64,000 bases of DNA from Octopus sinensis (GCF_006345805.1 NC_043005.1:63674001-63738000), one strand, 5' to 3'; positions 11,633 through 22,399 are shown, numbered from the stretch's first letter. Program-made: numbers and translations. The notes: generated from the sequence alone by a model not told the origin.

Positions 11633-12781
11633 TTATTTATATGAGTGGAAGGTATGTTTTTGCCAATGTTTACATCTATAAGATTTTTCTATTATTGTGT
11701 TTACCAAGAGGAATTTGGCGAAAAGTATATAGAAGAGTTCAGAATTACAGATGCAACAATATTTCCTGCCCTTATCAAAAGGAAAGGATACAGATAATAT
11801 GGAGCAATCCAGCTTGAAAGTTATATTGTTGTCCTTAAGACGCCAAACTAATTTACTTAGTCCTGTACTATGTTGTTTTCTCTTATCTCGGAAAGTTGAA
11901 TAATGGTTGGAAATTCTCTGGGACATTGGAGAAATTGTTGCACCAATATAAAAGAAGACATCGGTACCGTAAGAAATTTTACACTGGTAACTGGAATTTT
12001 TAATTTTGGAATTACTGGACAAGAACTCTAATCTGTTAGGGTTATCCTCCGAGATCAAGACGGAGTTTTTATTGTTATGATTACTGTTTATATTATTGCT
12101 AGCATTAACTACTAGACTATTTCTTTTATTGTTATTATTATTAATTGTACTATAACCGGCATTATCACTGATAATAGAAATGTTGTTGTTGTTGTTGCCA
12201 TCAACACTACCACTGTTATTAACCCGACTAATTCTATTATTAATATTATCATTGCTAACACTAATGTTGCTACGAATGTTGGTACTATCAATACTATTTC
12301 TATTATTATTATTGTATGTTTGGTTGGAATTGTTAAGAATAGTGTTGGAACTCCCGGGTGAAGAATCTTTGTTTAGCAGCTTGTTATTATGGGAAGCAAT
12401 AATTTGCGATAGATTTCTAGTGTTAGAGAATGCAATTCTTATCTTATGTGAATTGATAATAGAATAATACCTAGAATTCCTGGGAAAGTTCTTAGCCACT
12501 GCTTCACGGAAATGTAAAGGAAGGTTCGATTTGATTTGTTTTCCGAAAGGTATAACAAACCACATATAGTTTTTTGTGGACTTAGAATTGTTCATAGTGC
12601 TACTAGTGATAGTAAGGGGAAACTTTCTATTTCTCTTATGTACAGGGGTGCGGACGTTGTTAGAACTGAAATTATTATTACCACTATTTCTATTGTTATT
12701 AGTTTTCGTATCCTGAGAAGCATATATTGGTATATATATATACGATTTGAGAAAAGGAATTTCCAAATCAATCAGATACAA
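11633..12781 (-). CDS. Penelope-like element ORF: GIY-YIG endonuclease with PLE linker and Asn-rich insert, no RT domain
   Basis: 382 codons without a stop (called from a TTG; first ATG is further in). WFVIPF..FP.NSRYYSIINSHKIRIAFSNTRNLSQIIASHN matches the PLE linker. SSYQCKI..FYIGAT..QRISNHYSTFR..STGLSKLVWRLKD..CCICNSE..LVN..RCKH matches the PLE GIY-YIG with Y, R, E and N retained. Confidence 0.85.
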   Translation of the reverse strand: MYLIDLEIPFLKSYIYIPIYASQDTKTNNNRNSGNNNFSSNNVRTPVHKRNRKFPLTITSSTMNNSKSTKNYMWFVIPFGKQIKSNLPLHFREAVAKNFPRNSRYYSIINSHKIRIAFSNTRNLSQIIASHNNKLLNKDSSPGSSNTILNNSNQTYNNNNRNSIDSTNIRSNISVSNDNINNRISRVNNSGSVDGNNNNNISIISDNAGYSTINNNNNKRNSLVVNASNNINSNHNNKNSVLISEDNPNRLEFLSSNSKIKNSSYQCKISYGTDVFFYIGATISPMSQRISNHYSTFRDKRKQHSTGLSKLVWRLKDNNITFKLDCSILSVSFPFDKGRKYCCICNSELFYILFAKFLLVNTIIEKSYRCKHWQKHTFHSYK

Positions 12782-12888
12782 GCCTTTAGCATTACACGCA
12801 TCTGCATATCGTACAGTGGGGTCAAGATTATCATATATCTATATATTTAACTAGAAATATACAAATATATAATAGAAATCAATAATAA

Positions 12889-13213
12889 TTCAGTTTTGGG
12901 CATTAATAGATATGCGGGTATTCTATTTCAGGCAATGTAAAAAAATAACCAAATGAGTATATCTGAAATTAAACACGTGGTGTCTATTTTCACATCACGA
13001 AATAATACCTTAAAGGATATAACCGGTATATCAGCAGGGTATAAAATTTACTTCCTTAATTATCTCCTACTTAACTTAAAATTAAAATTATCAATTATCT
13101 ATGCAAATAGATACTACGAGTTTACCTTCAGATATATTCATTAGGTTACTTTTTTTTTCCTTTGTATTATCTGAAATAGAATACCCGCATATCTATTAAT
13201 CCCCAAAGCTGAA
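12889..13213. repeat. Imperfect inverted repeat, ~80-bp arms (12889-~12967 and ~13128-13213) around a ~160-bp spacer
   Basis: attcagttttgggcattaatagatatgcgggtattctatttcag pairs with ctgaaatagaatacccgcatatctattaatccccaaagctgaat (2 mismatches). Pairing resumes at taaccaaatgagtatatctgaa / ttcagatatattcattaggtta. Confidence 0.9.
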
Positions 13214-13284
13214 TTATACATACATACATACATACATACATACATACATACATACATACATCATATATATATATATATATATAT

Positions 13285-13763
13285 AACATTATTGGTGAAT
13301 TGAAGAAATGGAGCTGAACGCAGATTGAACAGAAATCGTTTTATTTCATTCTACACGTGTTTCGAAAGGCACAAATTACCAAAATCCGATTGAATAATGG
13401 GACCATATTGTGTCTTTCTCATCAGGAAGAAAAAAGGAAATCCGTTTGAAACACAAAAACAGAACAGAGGCGGAGCAAAAAACAAATCGAACTGTGCTCC
13501 TAAGAGCCCATGGCGAAACTGATAAACAGTTTCGCCATGGGCTCTTAGGAGCACAGTTCGATTTGTTTTTTGCTCCGCCTCTGTTCTGTTTTTGTGTTTC
13601 AAACGGATTTCCTTTTTTCTTCCTGATGAGAAAGACACAATATGGTCCCATTATTCAATCGGATTTTGGTAATTTGTGCCTTTCGAAACACGTGTAGAAT
13701 GAAATAAAACGATTTCTGTTCAATCTGCGTTCAGCTCCATTTCTTCAATTCACCAATAATGTT
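13285..13763. repeat. Perfect 479-bp palindrome (237-bp arms, 5-nt loop ataaa at 13522-13526); inverted PLE pseudo-LTR
   Basis: Arms 13285-13521 and 13527-13763 read as exact reverse complements on inspection. Confidence 0.95.
13616..13704 (+). ncRNA. Type-I hammerhead ribozyme, GUA cleavage triplet (mirror copy on the minus strand at 13344-13432)
   Basis: CUGAUGA 13623-13629; stem II gaaagacacaa/uugugccuuuc (10 of 11 pairs); GAAAC-ACGU-GUA 13685-13696; stem I uuuc-uuc / gaa-u-gaaa. Confidence 0.8.
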
Positions 13764-13912
13764 TTAATTTCAATTATCCGCACCAACGCACGGTTGCAAC
13801 GCCAGATGGTTGTACCTCCAACCGTGCTGTTTACTGCTGTGATTTTTGCTACTAAGGTATCGGTTAAACTTTTGATTAATCTACTACAAGATTATTCATC
13901 TTTCTATTTCAC

Positions 13913-13964
<52 letters not shown>

Positions 13965-13967
13965 ATA

Positions 13968-14815
13968 CAGGGTTGGACAAATAATGGAAACACCTAGCTT
14001 CATGGCATTATAATTTTGAGATATTTACAACACCATCAAAAGCTCGTTTATTTTTATGTTTTTTGATTTGTTATTAGTGTTGCTTAATATGTTTTGCTAA
14101 TATGTTTCTTTTCAGATATCATCAGAAAAAGGTAAATGAAATTCATTAAAATGACAGATCTATTGGACCTTCAAAGAGATCAAATTGTAGGTGTTCGTAT
14201 GGCAGACGCTAGCGTAACGAAAACAGCCGAAATGTTTGGTGTATCAAGAAGTACTGTCTCAAAAGTAATGACAACCTTTGAGAAAGGGGGAAAAACCTCC
14301 TCGTCGAAACAAAACTCCGGAAGAAAACCAAAATTTTCAGATATGGACCATCGGACTCTTACGCGAATTCTTAGGAAGGATCACAAAAGTATAGCTCACA
14401 AAATTACCGCAGAGCTCAATGACAACCCCGAGAACCCAGTTTCCACAAAAAGTTCACCCGGAGCTGCACAAAGCCGAATTTCACGTGAGGGCTGCAATCA
14501 GAAAACAACTACTTTCAAAAGGAAACGTTGAAAAGCGTTTAGAGTGGAGTAAAAATTGCTCCCTAAAGCAAGTGGAAGAATGTTATTTTCTCGGACGAGC
14601 TATCCTTTACCTTATGTCCGACTACCGGCCGAGTATACGTGTGGAGACAGCCAAAAGAAGCATTTGACCCAGACTGCCTTCTTCCAACTGTTAAAAATGG
14701 AGGAAGATCTGTGATGATCTGGGGCGCTATATCTTGGAAATCCGCCGGCCCAACAGTTTCCCTTCGTGGCAGAATTAATAGTCAAGACTATTAAAGCATT
14801 TTATCTAATTCATCC
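13968..14815 (+). mobile_element. Tc1-like DNA transposon, 5' TIR and degenerate transposase, 3'-truncated
   Basis: TA|cagggttggacaaataatggaaacacc terminus after (TA)n. Paired-like HTH (AEMFGVSRSTVSKV), SGRKPK, then frameshifted IFSDE and GGRSVMIWGAISW. Confidence 0.88.
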
Positions 14816-15032
14816 TATGTTTGTGGAGCTGTTTTCCATGGGGGCATGTATTTCATTTATTTCCATCCGTATTTTCCACTGAAGAGGAAAAAATCACTGA
14901 GATTAATTCCGAAATTGATTCAATATAGAAATAACGAACTTTAAAAAAAAATCTGTTGGCTAGCTTTCCTCGATTTCGGCACAACATATTTCTGTAGTGG
15001 GTATATAATAATATTCATTTACCCAGCCAAAC

Positions 15033-15995
15033 GCTGGGTAAATGAATTCAAGCGTGGCATGGAGAGTGTGGAAAATGATCCCAGACAAAGGAGACCTCAA
15101 ACCACAACTCCCAAGGACAATTCTGACCTTGCTCTTGGTATGATAATACAAGATTGCCGAATATCATGCCTTCGGATAGCCGAGAGACTGGGCATCTCAA
15201 TTGAAAGAGCAGACAACATTGTGACAAATGGACTTGGGTTCTCAAAAGTTTCTGCAAGATGGGTCCCTCAACTTTTGAGCCCTGAACAGAAATGCACCAG
15301 GTGCACTTTTTCCACGAGCTATCTGGACTGTTTGAAGTTGATGGAGAGAATTTTCTTGCTTGTTTCATAACTATCGACGAAAGTTGAGTTCATCACTACC
15401 AGCCGGAAACCAAAGAACAATCAAAGCAGTGGAAGCACACATCTTCTCCTACCCCAAGGAAGACCAGGGTAATTCCTTCATCTGGAATGGTCATGGCGTC
15501 CGCTGTTTGGGATTCTCAAGGTGTTTTGCTGATCAATTACCTTGAAAAGAGTCACACTGTGACAGGGCTGTATTATTCTCAGCTACTAAAACGCCTCCGA
15601 GAAGCAATCAAAGAAAAAAGGCCGGGAATGCTCACCAGAGGAGACACTTTTCATCCCGACAATGCTCCTGCTCACACATCAGTGATTGTGTATATGAACT
15701 TGTTACCCATCCGCCTTATTCGCCAGACTCAGCCCCCTCTGACTTTCATCTATTTCCAAAAATGAAAAAAGCCCAGGCTGGTCGCCATTTTACCAGTGAC
15801 AATGACGTCATAGACGCTGTAGGAAGTTTCTTGAAGTCTCAAACAAAAGAGTTCTTCTACACCGGGATAATGGTGCTTCAGCACCGCTGGAGGAAATTTT
15901 TCAGCTATTGAGGGGGACTATGATGAAAAATAAATCATCAGAAGTCTTGTACCATGTTTTGTTTTTTGAGGCTCAAAAAACAAATATATGAGTGA
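15033..15995 (+). mobile_element. mariner (DD34D) transposon, 5'-truncated pseudogene
   Basis: WVNEFKRG, SARWVPQLL, ITIDES, FHPDNAPAHTS, HPPYSPDSAPSDFHLFPKMK across frameshifts. Confidence 0.9.
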
Positions 15996-17211
15996 TGGGC
16001 GTATATGAGTGATGGGCGTAAGTACATATTATGTGTGCGTGCATTTGACAATAACACCGTATAACATTATACAGAATATATGCTTCAGATATCTGGAGAC
16101 TGTGCTTCTAAATGCATCATGTTTTTGCAGGTTATGGGAGGAAAGGCTAGAGAAAACGTATAAAGGAAACTAAACAACATTGGGTTAAAATTTTCCTGAA
16201 GGTATTGGATCGAAATGGAAAGGAAACATTAAGAAATGCGGTAGGAAATTTAAGAATGATAATAATATTAGAAGAATGCAAAATAGAAAGAATTTTTTTT
16301 GTTCGAAAACTAACTTTGTTAGTTGAAATATTTAAAGGTAATTGAAATTGCCTTTGTACGCTTTACAGGAATTGTAGCTGTATGTTTACGTGTGACGGTA
16401 ATCCATCACACAAATAATACAAAGATGAAACTGCCATTATCAATTACTTGGTACAACAGGCTAAAATGAAATTATTTCTGTTTGAACAAAGAGAGGTAGG
16501 AATGTTAAAGGATTACTCTTCTCAACAAAAGAAAAAGAATTTTTAGTCTTACTGCCCTCTTTTTATATATTTATATATTTTTTGTTTAAATGTTTTGTTG
16601 AAAATGATAATTCTTTCAATTAAATTTAATAGATATTGCTTTCAGATAATTATGTCATTGATGGATATCTAAAATTTTGAAATATTCCAGAAGTCTTGTG
16701 CATAAGGCAGCTTTTAAACAATTACAAAATATTAAATATTTTCTTTATGTATGGAACACCTGAATGATAAATTACAGATTTATATATTCTGACAAGAAAT
16801 TTGACTGATGACAAAAAGACATGTGTTGCGAGAATTAGGCTTTCAGACTTATGTCTTGCTATTTATAGCTATTTGTGCCATGACTGAACATATCTAGGGT
16901 TAAACACATTGCACCAATGACAATACTGTTTTTTTTTATTTAGGGCATAGTATAACTAGGGCTACATAATCTAAGGTGTACTTAATTATTTTTAAACGGT
17001 ATGGTGTTATATGAGGTGGAGCTTAGATGCGAGGTATATCAGGTTTAAGGAGAATAAAAGTGATCCTTCTTTGGCTCATAAGCTAATTTCTTTACTTCTG
17101 TATTGTACATCATGTCGGTCTATTTTTGGATGGCTCCAGTCAGTTATTTTTTTCTCTAAGATATGTCGCTAATCCCTCGTTCATGGAAGAGAGAGGGAGA
17201 GAGAGAAGGGG

Positions 17212-17247
<36 letters not shown>

Positions 17248-17414
17248 AGAAAAAGATACTGTTTTTATCAACCAATGAAAAATGAAATACAAAATTAACC
17301 TCGCTGGGTTTTAAATTCACAACGCAAAGAGCCGAATAAATAATGCAACGTTTTATCCAAAGCTCTAACAACCCTCTGAATCAGTTTTTTTCACAATTCG
17401 TTGCTCCCTTTCAG

Positions 17415-17564
17415 TAACCTTTGTCTCAGAATCACAGATAACGAAATTGGGAAGACAATGCAGAACCATTTCAGTCATTGCTAGATGAGCATCTCGTAAC
17501 GTGTGATTGGAGAAGTGTTTTCTTCATGACTAGTACATTAAGGACTTCACAACGAAGTCTACAG
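17415..17564 (+). other. Candidate 150-nt exon, non-coding or 5'UTR plus start (ATG at 17526, MTSTLRTSQRSLQ)
   Basis: ttgctccctttcag acceptor and CAG|gtacgt donor; no frame is open across the whole exon. Confidence 0.2.
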
Positions 17565-18111
17565 GTACGTACATATATGAAATAGATTTCCATTATAAAT
17601 CATTGACGTAGTAGTAACAGTAATATTGTAAATATGGATGTGAATTCTAATAGTCTGCAGTATTCATTTTAAAATCATGTCGGAGAAAAAGCTATCCATA
17701 ATAAATTCCCAGGAAATTACTGTTCTTCTCCGTCAGAAGTTATTTCGTTTAAATTCATTATGAAGTGGAATATGTTAATTAACTGTTAGGAAGAAGAAAA
17801 ACTTGACATTTTAGGCAAGGCCTTTTTGACGGAAACCAACGCTAATTTCCAAATATTTATTGAAGATCGAATGTGATATTCTTATATTGAGAAGAGGCGA
17901 TTGTTATTTCGGGAATTTCAAATCTGAAATATTCGCTGGAAGGTATATATTCCCTATCGAAATTTACAGAAGTTGTATTCTAGTTAGATTCGTCACAAGA
18001 CTGAACGTCAACTCATAATAAGTTCTGTATACAAGCGTGCAAAAACCATATTTATCAGCCAACAGCTAGAAAATATACATAACGTAAATTTTCAAGAAAC
18101 AATAATACCAA

Positions 18112-19999
18112 CTAGCAGAAAGACCGCCCTCCGGGCTGTTTCCTGCTACACACTTGATAATATTTTCACGTTTGATTCCCAATTCTAATTATTCTAATAA
18201 TGATAATGATTCTAAATCTAATACTGATATTATACGTCTAATCATTTCTTTGTATAATAGAGCTCACATGCTTAGTAAACATTGCTTTCATTATTTTATC
18301 AGTCATAATCTCGCTTTTTTAAATAAATATTGAGGTAGTCTAACTACGGAGGGGTGGCAGTTTGTGAAGTTTTAACTTCCCCTCAAAACAACATAGCGAT
18401 TTCAATTCAGCAGCCCATAAGTAAGCTTTGTTTTCCGAACAAACTAATTGTCAAAGAGGCTCCTTGCATTATGTGGCTGTACAATTGACAAGACAGCCTG
18501 TTCTTGAAAATTATCGAAGCTGATCTTTCATTGATAATCCTTTAACGGAATTCTTCCTAGTTTGAAAATGTTTTCGCTTGTACTCCTGCTGTAAATATTC
18601 GGTTTCGTTTCTCAGCACCTTGTTTGTTGGCACAGTTGTTTTTGTTTTTCACTGAAGTTTGGAAGACTTCCGATTTAATACACATCTTCAATAGACAGCT
18701 GAACAGTAACAGGCGGTGAAAGCTGGCTCAGTGTCTTATTTTGAAGTAGGATATTCTCTCGACATACCTAAACCAGTTTGTAGCGGAAACACAATCATCT
18801 CTACGTGTATATTTAGACATTTGTTTCAGTCGCTTTGCCCTGGTTTTATCTGATTCTGTTGCTCGCCTTTCTTTCTGCCGTCCTGCTTTTGCTGCTAAAT
18901 GTTCTCTTTCAGGTGCATATTCTTTTGGACGCCCCATGTTGAATTGTAAAATTCTAATGTGTTATTTGTGTAATAACGAAATCAAACGTTGAGTGTGTGT
19001 ATTTATATTACAGAGACTCTGCGTTTTTATATTAGAGAGACAGTGTGTGTGTGCGTGTGAGAGAGAGAGAGAGTGGGTGGAGAGAGAGAATAGTGCAAAC
19101 AATGAATGAAATAAACAGGAAATGAAAAATTGTATAAATAAAAGCTCATTAGAAACTATCTAATACGGAATATTTAAATTTGTGAACTTGAAATATTCAA
19201 TAAGAGAAGGAAGTTCAGAAAGTAAATTCTTCTGAAAACTTCAATTTATAAAAGATCTCACTGGCTTAGTAAATATTTCTTTCAGTAATTTATCGTAGAT
19301 GTAATATATTTCTAATTTAAACAAACATCAATGTAACCCAACTGCATTTAGCGTGCTATAAATAGCAGTGATCACATAGTTATTGTAAGGTTTATAGCGT
19401 TCCAAACAGCCATACCAACAAAATCACTTAATTTTTAAAAAATTATACTGGTATGTAAAAAAATTTTCATTTTATCAAAAATATTCATTTAATAAATTCC
19501 GGAAACTAATATTATACTTGAAATTGTGCCTCGTATCATAAGCCTCTAAGTTGTATACATATTTTCTCTAATAGCATTCATTCATTCAATAAATAGTTTT
19601 TTACATTACGTATATAGAATAAGCTGTTGATTTTGCATATAGCGAATTAAAACATGAATTGAAAACATTGAAATGAATATATATTAAAGTATCCTTAATG
19701 AAAATAGAGGTGAGAGAGAGTGAGAGACTGTTGCGGATGAAAACGGAAAATTTCACCTGCGATGAATTAATATTGTTTATTAAACATTAAAATCTACTCC
19801 GTAGTGAATGCAAAGAATATTTAAATTTGTGAAAAACTTGTTCAAATATTCAATAAACTTCAGGAATCGAAATTTCAGGAAGTTTCTTGGAACATGAATT
19901 TATAAAAAGATTTCCAGACGGCCAAGCCTTTATAATTGCTTTATTTTAGCAACTGTTATGTACCTAATTAATAAGCAGCCTACTCCATTATAATAAAGA
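18112..19999 (-). mobile_element. Complete non-autonomous Helitron (1888 bp) with Rep/Hel N-terminal remnant
   Basis: Minus strand starts A|TCTTTATTATAATGG (19999) and ends gccc-gga-gggc hairpin (18126-18136) ...CTAG|T (18112): A/T target, no TSD. Internal MGRPKEYAPEREHLAAKAGRQKERRATE (from 18937) and CSENKAYLWAAELKSLCCFEGK(V/L)K resemble the Helitron N-terminus and zinc finger. Confidence 0.8.
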
Positions 20000-20029
20000 T
20001 ATATTTCATTATAGTGTTTCGACCAGTGA

Positions 20030-20240
20030 AAGCGTGTGGCCTAGTGGTTGGACTTACTCTGATGATTATTTTAAGGTCACGGGTTCAATTTCTAACATGA
20101 CAGCGTATGTTGTCCTTGATTAGATCAAGACAATTTATATGATGTTGCTCCAACTCTAATGACCATAAGGTTTACTGGTGCAGCCATTTTTTCTTTAACT
20201 GTCACGATCTACTGAGCCAAGTGCACCTACACCAGTAAGG
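20030..20240 (+). mobile_element. Degenerate tRNA-headed SINE fragment
   Basis: tggcctagtggtt A-box-like and gggttcaatt B-box-like motifs; no cloverleaf 3' end. Confidence 0.5.
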
Positions 20241-20899
20241 GAACGTATGGTACATTTTACCAAAACCTACGCCCGTATGTGACAACCAGCCAGTCATTTG
20301 TCCATCGCTCTGTCAGATTGTTGGTTGGTTGGCTGGTTGGTTTGCAGGCTTGTTTGTTCATACACCTTTTGTGAATTGTTTCGCTCGTCCCTTCGTTCGT
20401 CTGTCTGTCCGTCCGACTGTTCTTTCGTTTGATCTTTCGTCTGTTTATCCATCCATCTTTTTCGTAGACCGTCCGTCCAGATGACTGTCGCATGCATATA
20501 TATGTGTGTGTGTGTGTATGTTTGTGTATGTATGTATGTATTTATGTATGTATGTATTTATGTATGTATGTATGTATGTATGTAGGTATGTATAGGTTGA
20601 ATTACCCCTATCAGATTGGTGTATGTGTGCGTGTGTGTGTATATGACGAAACTAGCACTACAGTGTTTGTTTTTCTGATTCAAAAACAACCAGCATCTTC
20701 GATTTCTAAACCAGTTTTATCTGAGAGTAGCTGATTTCTTAATTGAATGTAGTTTCGACATTGTCCTTTCTTAAATAAAACAACTATAATCATTATCATC
20801 TAATCGTCTCGGGCCATTTTTGCTTTTAAAACGATGTTTATTGTCATCGAAGCTGAAAGATTGTAATATTGTTATAGATGTTTGCTTATCGTTTTAAAA

Positions 20900-21400
20900 T
20901 AGCTTTAAACATTAATGCTCCAGTCTCACATTCTGAATAGTATTTCAATGCCCACAATGTCGGCCTGGCATTCTTTCAGTTATTATCTTCGTTCAACAAC
21001 TTCTGAAGGTTTCGATGTTGGAATACACTTATTCTATTACATATGTCTTTGTTATATTGGTGACGATATTGTCAATGCTAATTCGAATTGCGTTCCTTGT
21101 GTCAAAGCATATTTTATACTGGTCAGTTGGTCTGCTAGAAATAGCAGCCAAATATTCTTCAAATCATGATCCTCTACTTAGGAATACTCAAGAGTATAAT
21201 GGATAATGTAACCTGAGATAAGCCGTTTGGATATTTTCCATCAGGTTAGATGGAGGGCTTAGAGCTACCCTTCTCCCAACTCTTTTCACAAACGTTCTTG
21301 CCAATTTTAATTCTTCTTCATCTATGTGGAAACTTTCCATACTTCCTGCCGCAAACACAAAAGAATCGGAGGCGATATCATCGTTTTTATGTTTCATTTC
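20900..21400 (-). mobile_element. Possible PLE ORF N-terminal remnant, interrupted by a short SINE piece (~21115-21175)
   Basis: ELKLARTFVKRVGRR..SPP..LMENIQ and IVTNITKTY resemble PLE N-terminal motifs; stops present. Confidence 0.35.
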
Positions 21401-22161
21401 TTTCGTATTTCTATTGCTGCCCTAATTGCTGTTATTGTTGTTGCTGTTGTTGTCGTCATGCTTTTGCTGTTGCTGTTGTTGTTGTTAAGCAACAAGACGG
21501 GTAAAGGTGATTAGGTGATGGTCTAGGGCTTAGGGGCGGGAGACCCCAGACCTTGGAAAAAAAAACTTTGGTCGTCTTGTTGTAGTCGAGGGCTCTTCGT
21601 TGACGCCCAACACCAATGGGAGGTGGCCATCGAAGTCGCTGGAAATGGAGATCTCCAGGTCCAAATTCTTGAACGGCCGCTGTTGCTGCTGTTGTTCTCG
21701 TTGACACCGAAAGTTTTGACGTTGCTTAGAGAGGAAACATTATCCGCCTCGGCGACGTCATTAAGTTTAGGCCAATCGGTATTCTTATTCTCATTTTTAC
21801 CGTTTCTTTGTCGAACATTATGATGTCTTCTTTATCAGCCATATTTAAATAATTTTAAAATATTGCTATATATTTGCTTTTTCCGAAAGTAGTTGAAATA
21901 CAAAAATTATCAGGTGGTGCTATTAAGTTAGACATGGCCTGGACCAATCTCTGGTCGAAATATATCTAAGTTTATTGACGCGCACACCCTGCAAAACCCC
22001 CTGCACAAAAATACTATCTACGCAGTCCACACAACCTCAGAATTGCACTGGTCACAACAAAAATGAAAACATGAGGCCTTACAAGGCCGAAAAGATTACA
22101 AACACTTTTTCAACTTACGGAACTCCAAATTCCAGTGACTTTCCAGCATGGCAGCCATAAT

Positions 22162-22206
<45 letters not shown>

Positions 22207-22209
22207 GAT

Positions 22210-22381
22210 CAAGTTTTCAAATTTTTAGCACAAGGGCAGCAGTTTTGGAGAAGAGGATGAGTCGATTATATCGACCCCCAGTGTTCAACTTGTACTTATT
22301 TTATCGACTCCCAAAAGGATGAAAGGCAAAGTCGACCTCGACGGAATTTGAACTCAGAACGTATCGACGGACGAGATGCCT
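22210..22381 (-). mobile_element. SINE family A, head-truncated, between AAT tracts
   Basis: Core motif gtcgattatatcgac..aggatgaaaggcaaagtcgacctc. Confidence 0.85.
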
Positions 22382-22399
22382 TAATAATAATAATAATAA

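Noticed and set aside
12180-12467. Leu-rich membrane-like ORF on the + strand
   Set aside because: Antisense shadow of the Asn-rich (AAT/AAC) segment of the GIY-YIG ORF.
13351-13697. Near-identical ORFs on both strands
   Set aside because: A consequence of the palindrome; no domain recognised.
16797-16890. LTDDKKTC, resembling an EGF-repeat end
   Set aside because: No preceding cysteine pattern, weak acceptor, early stop.
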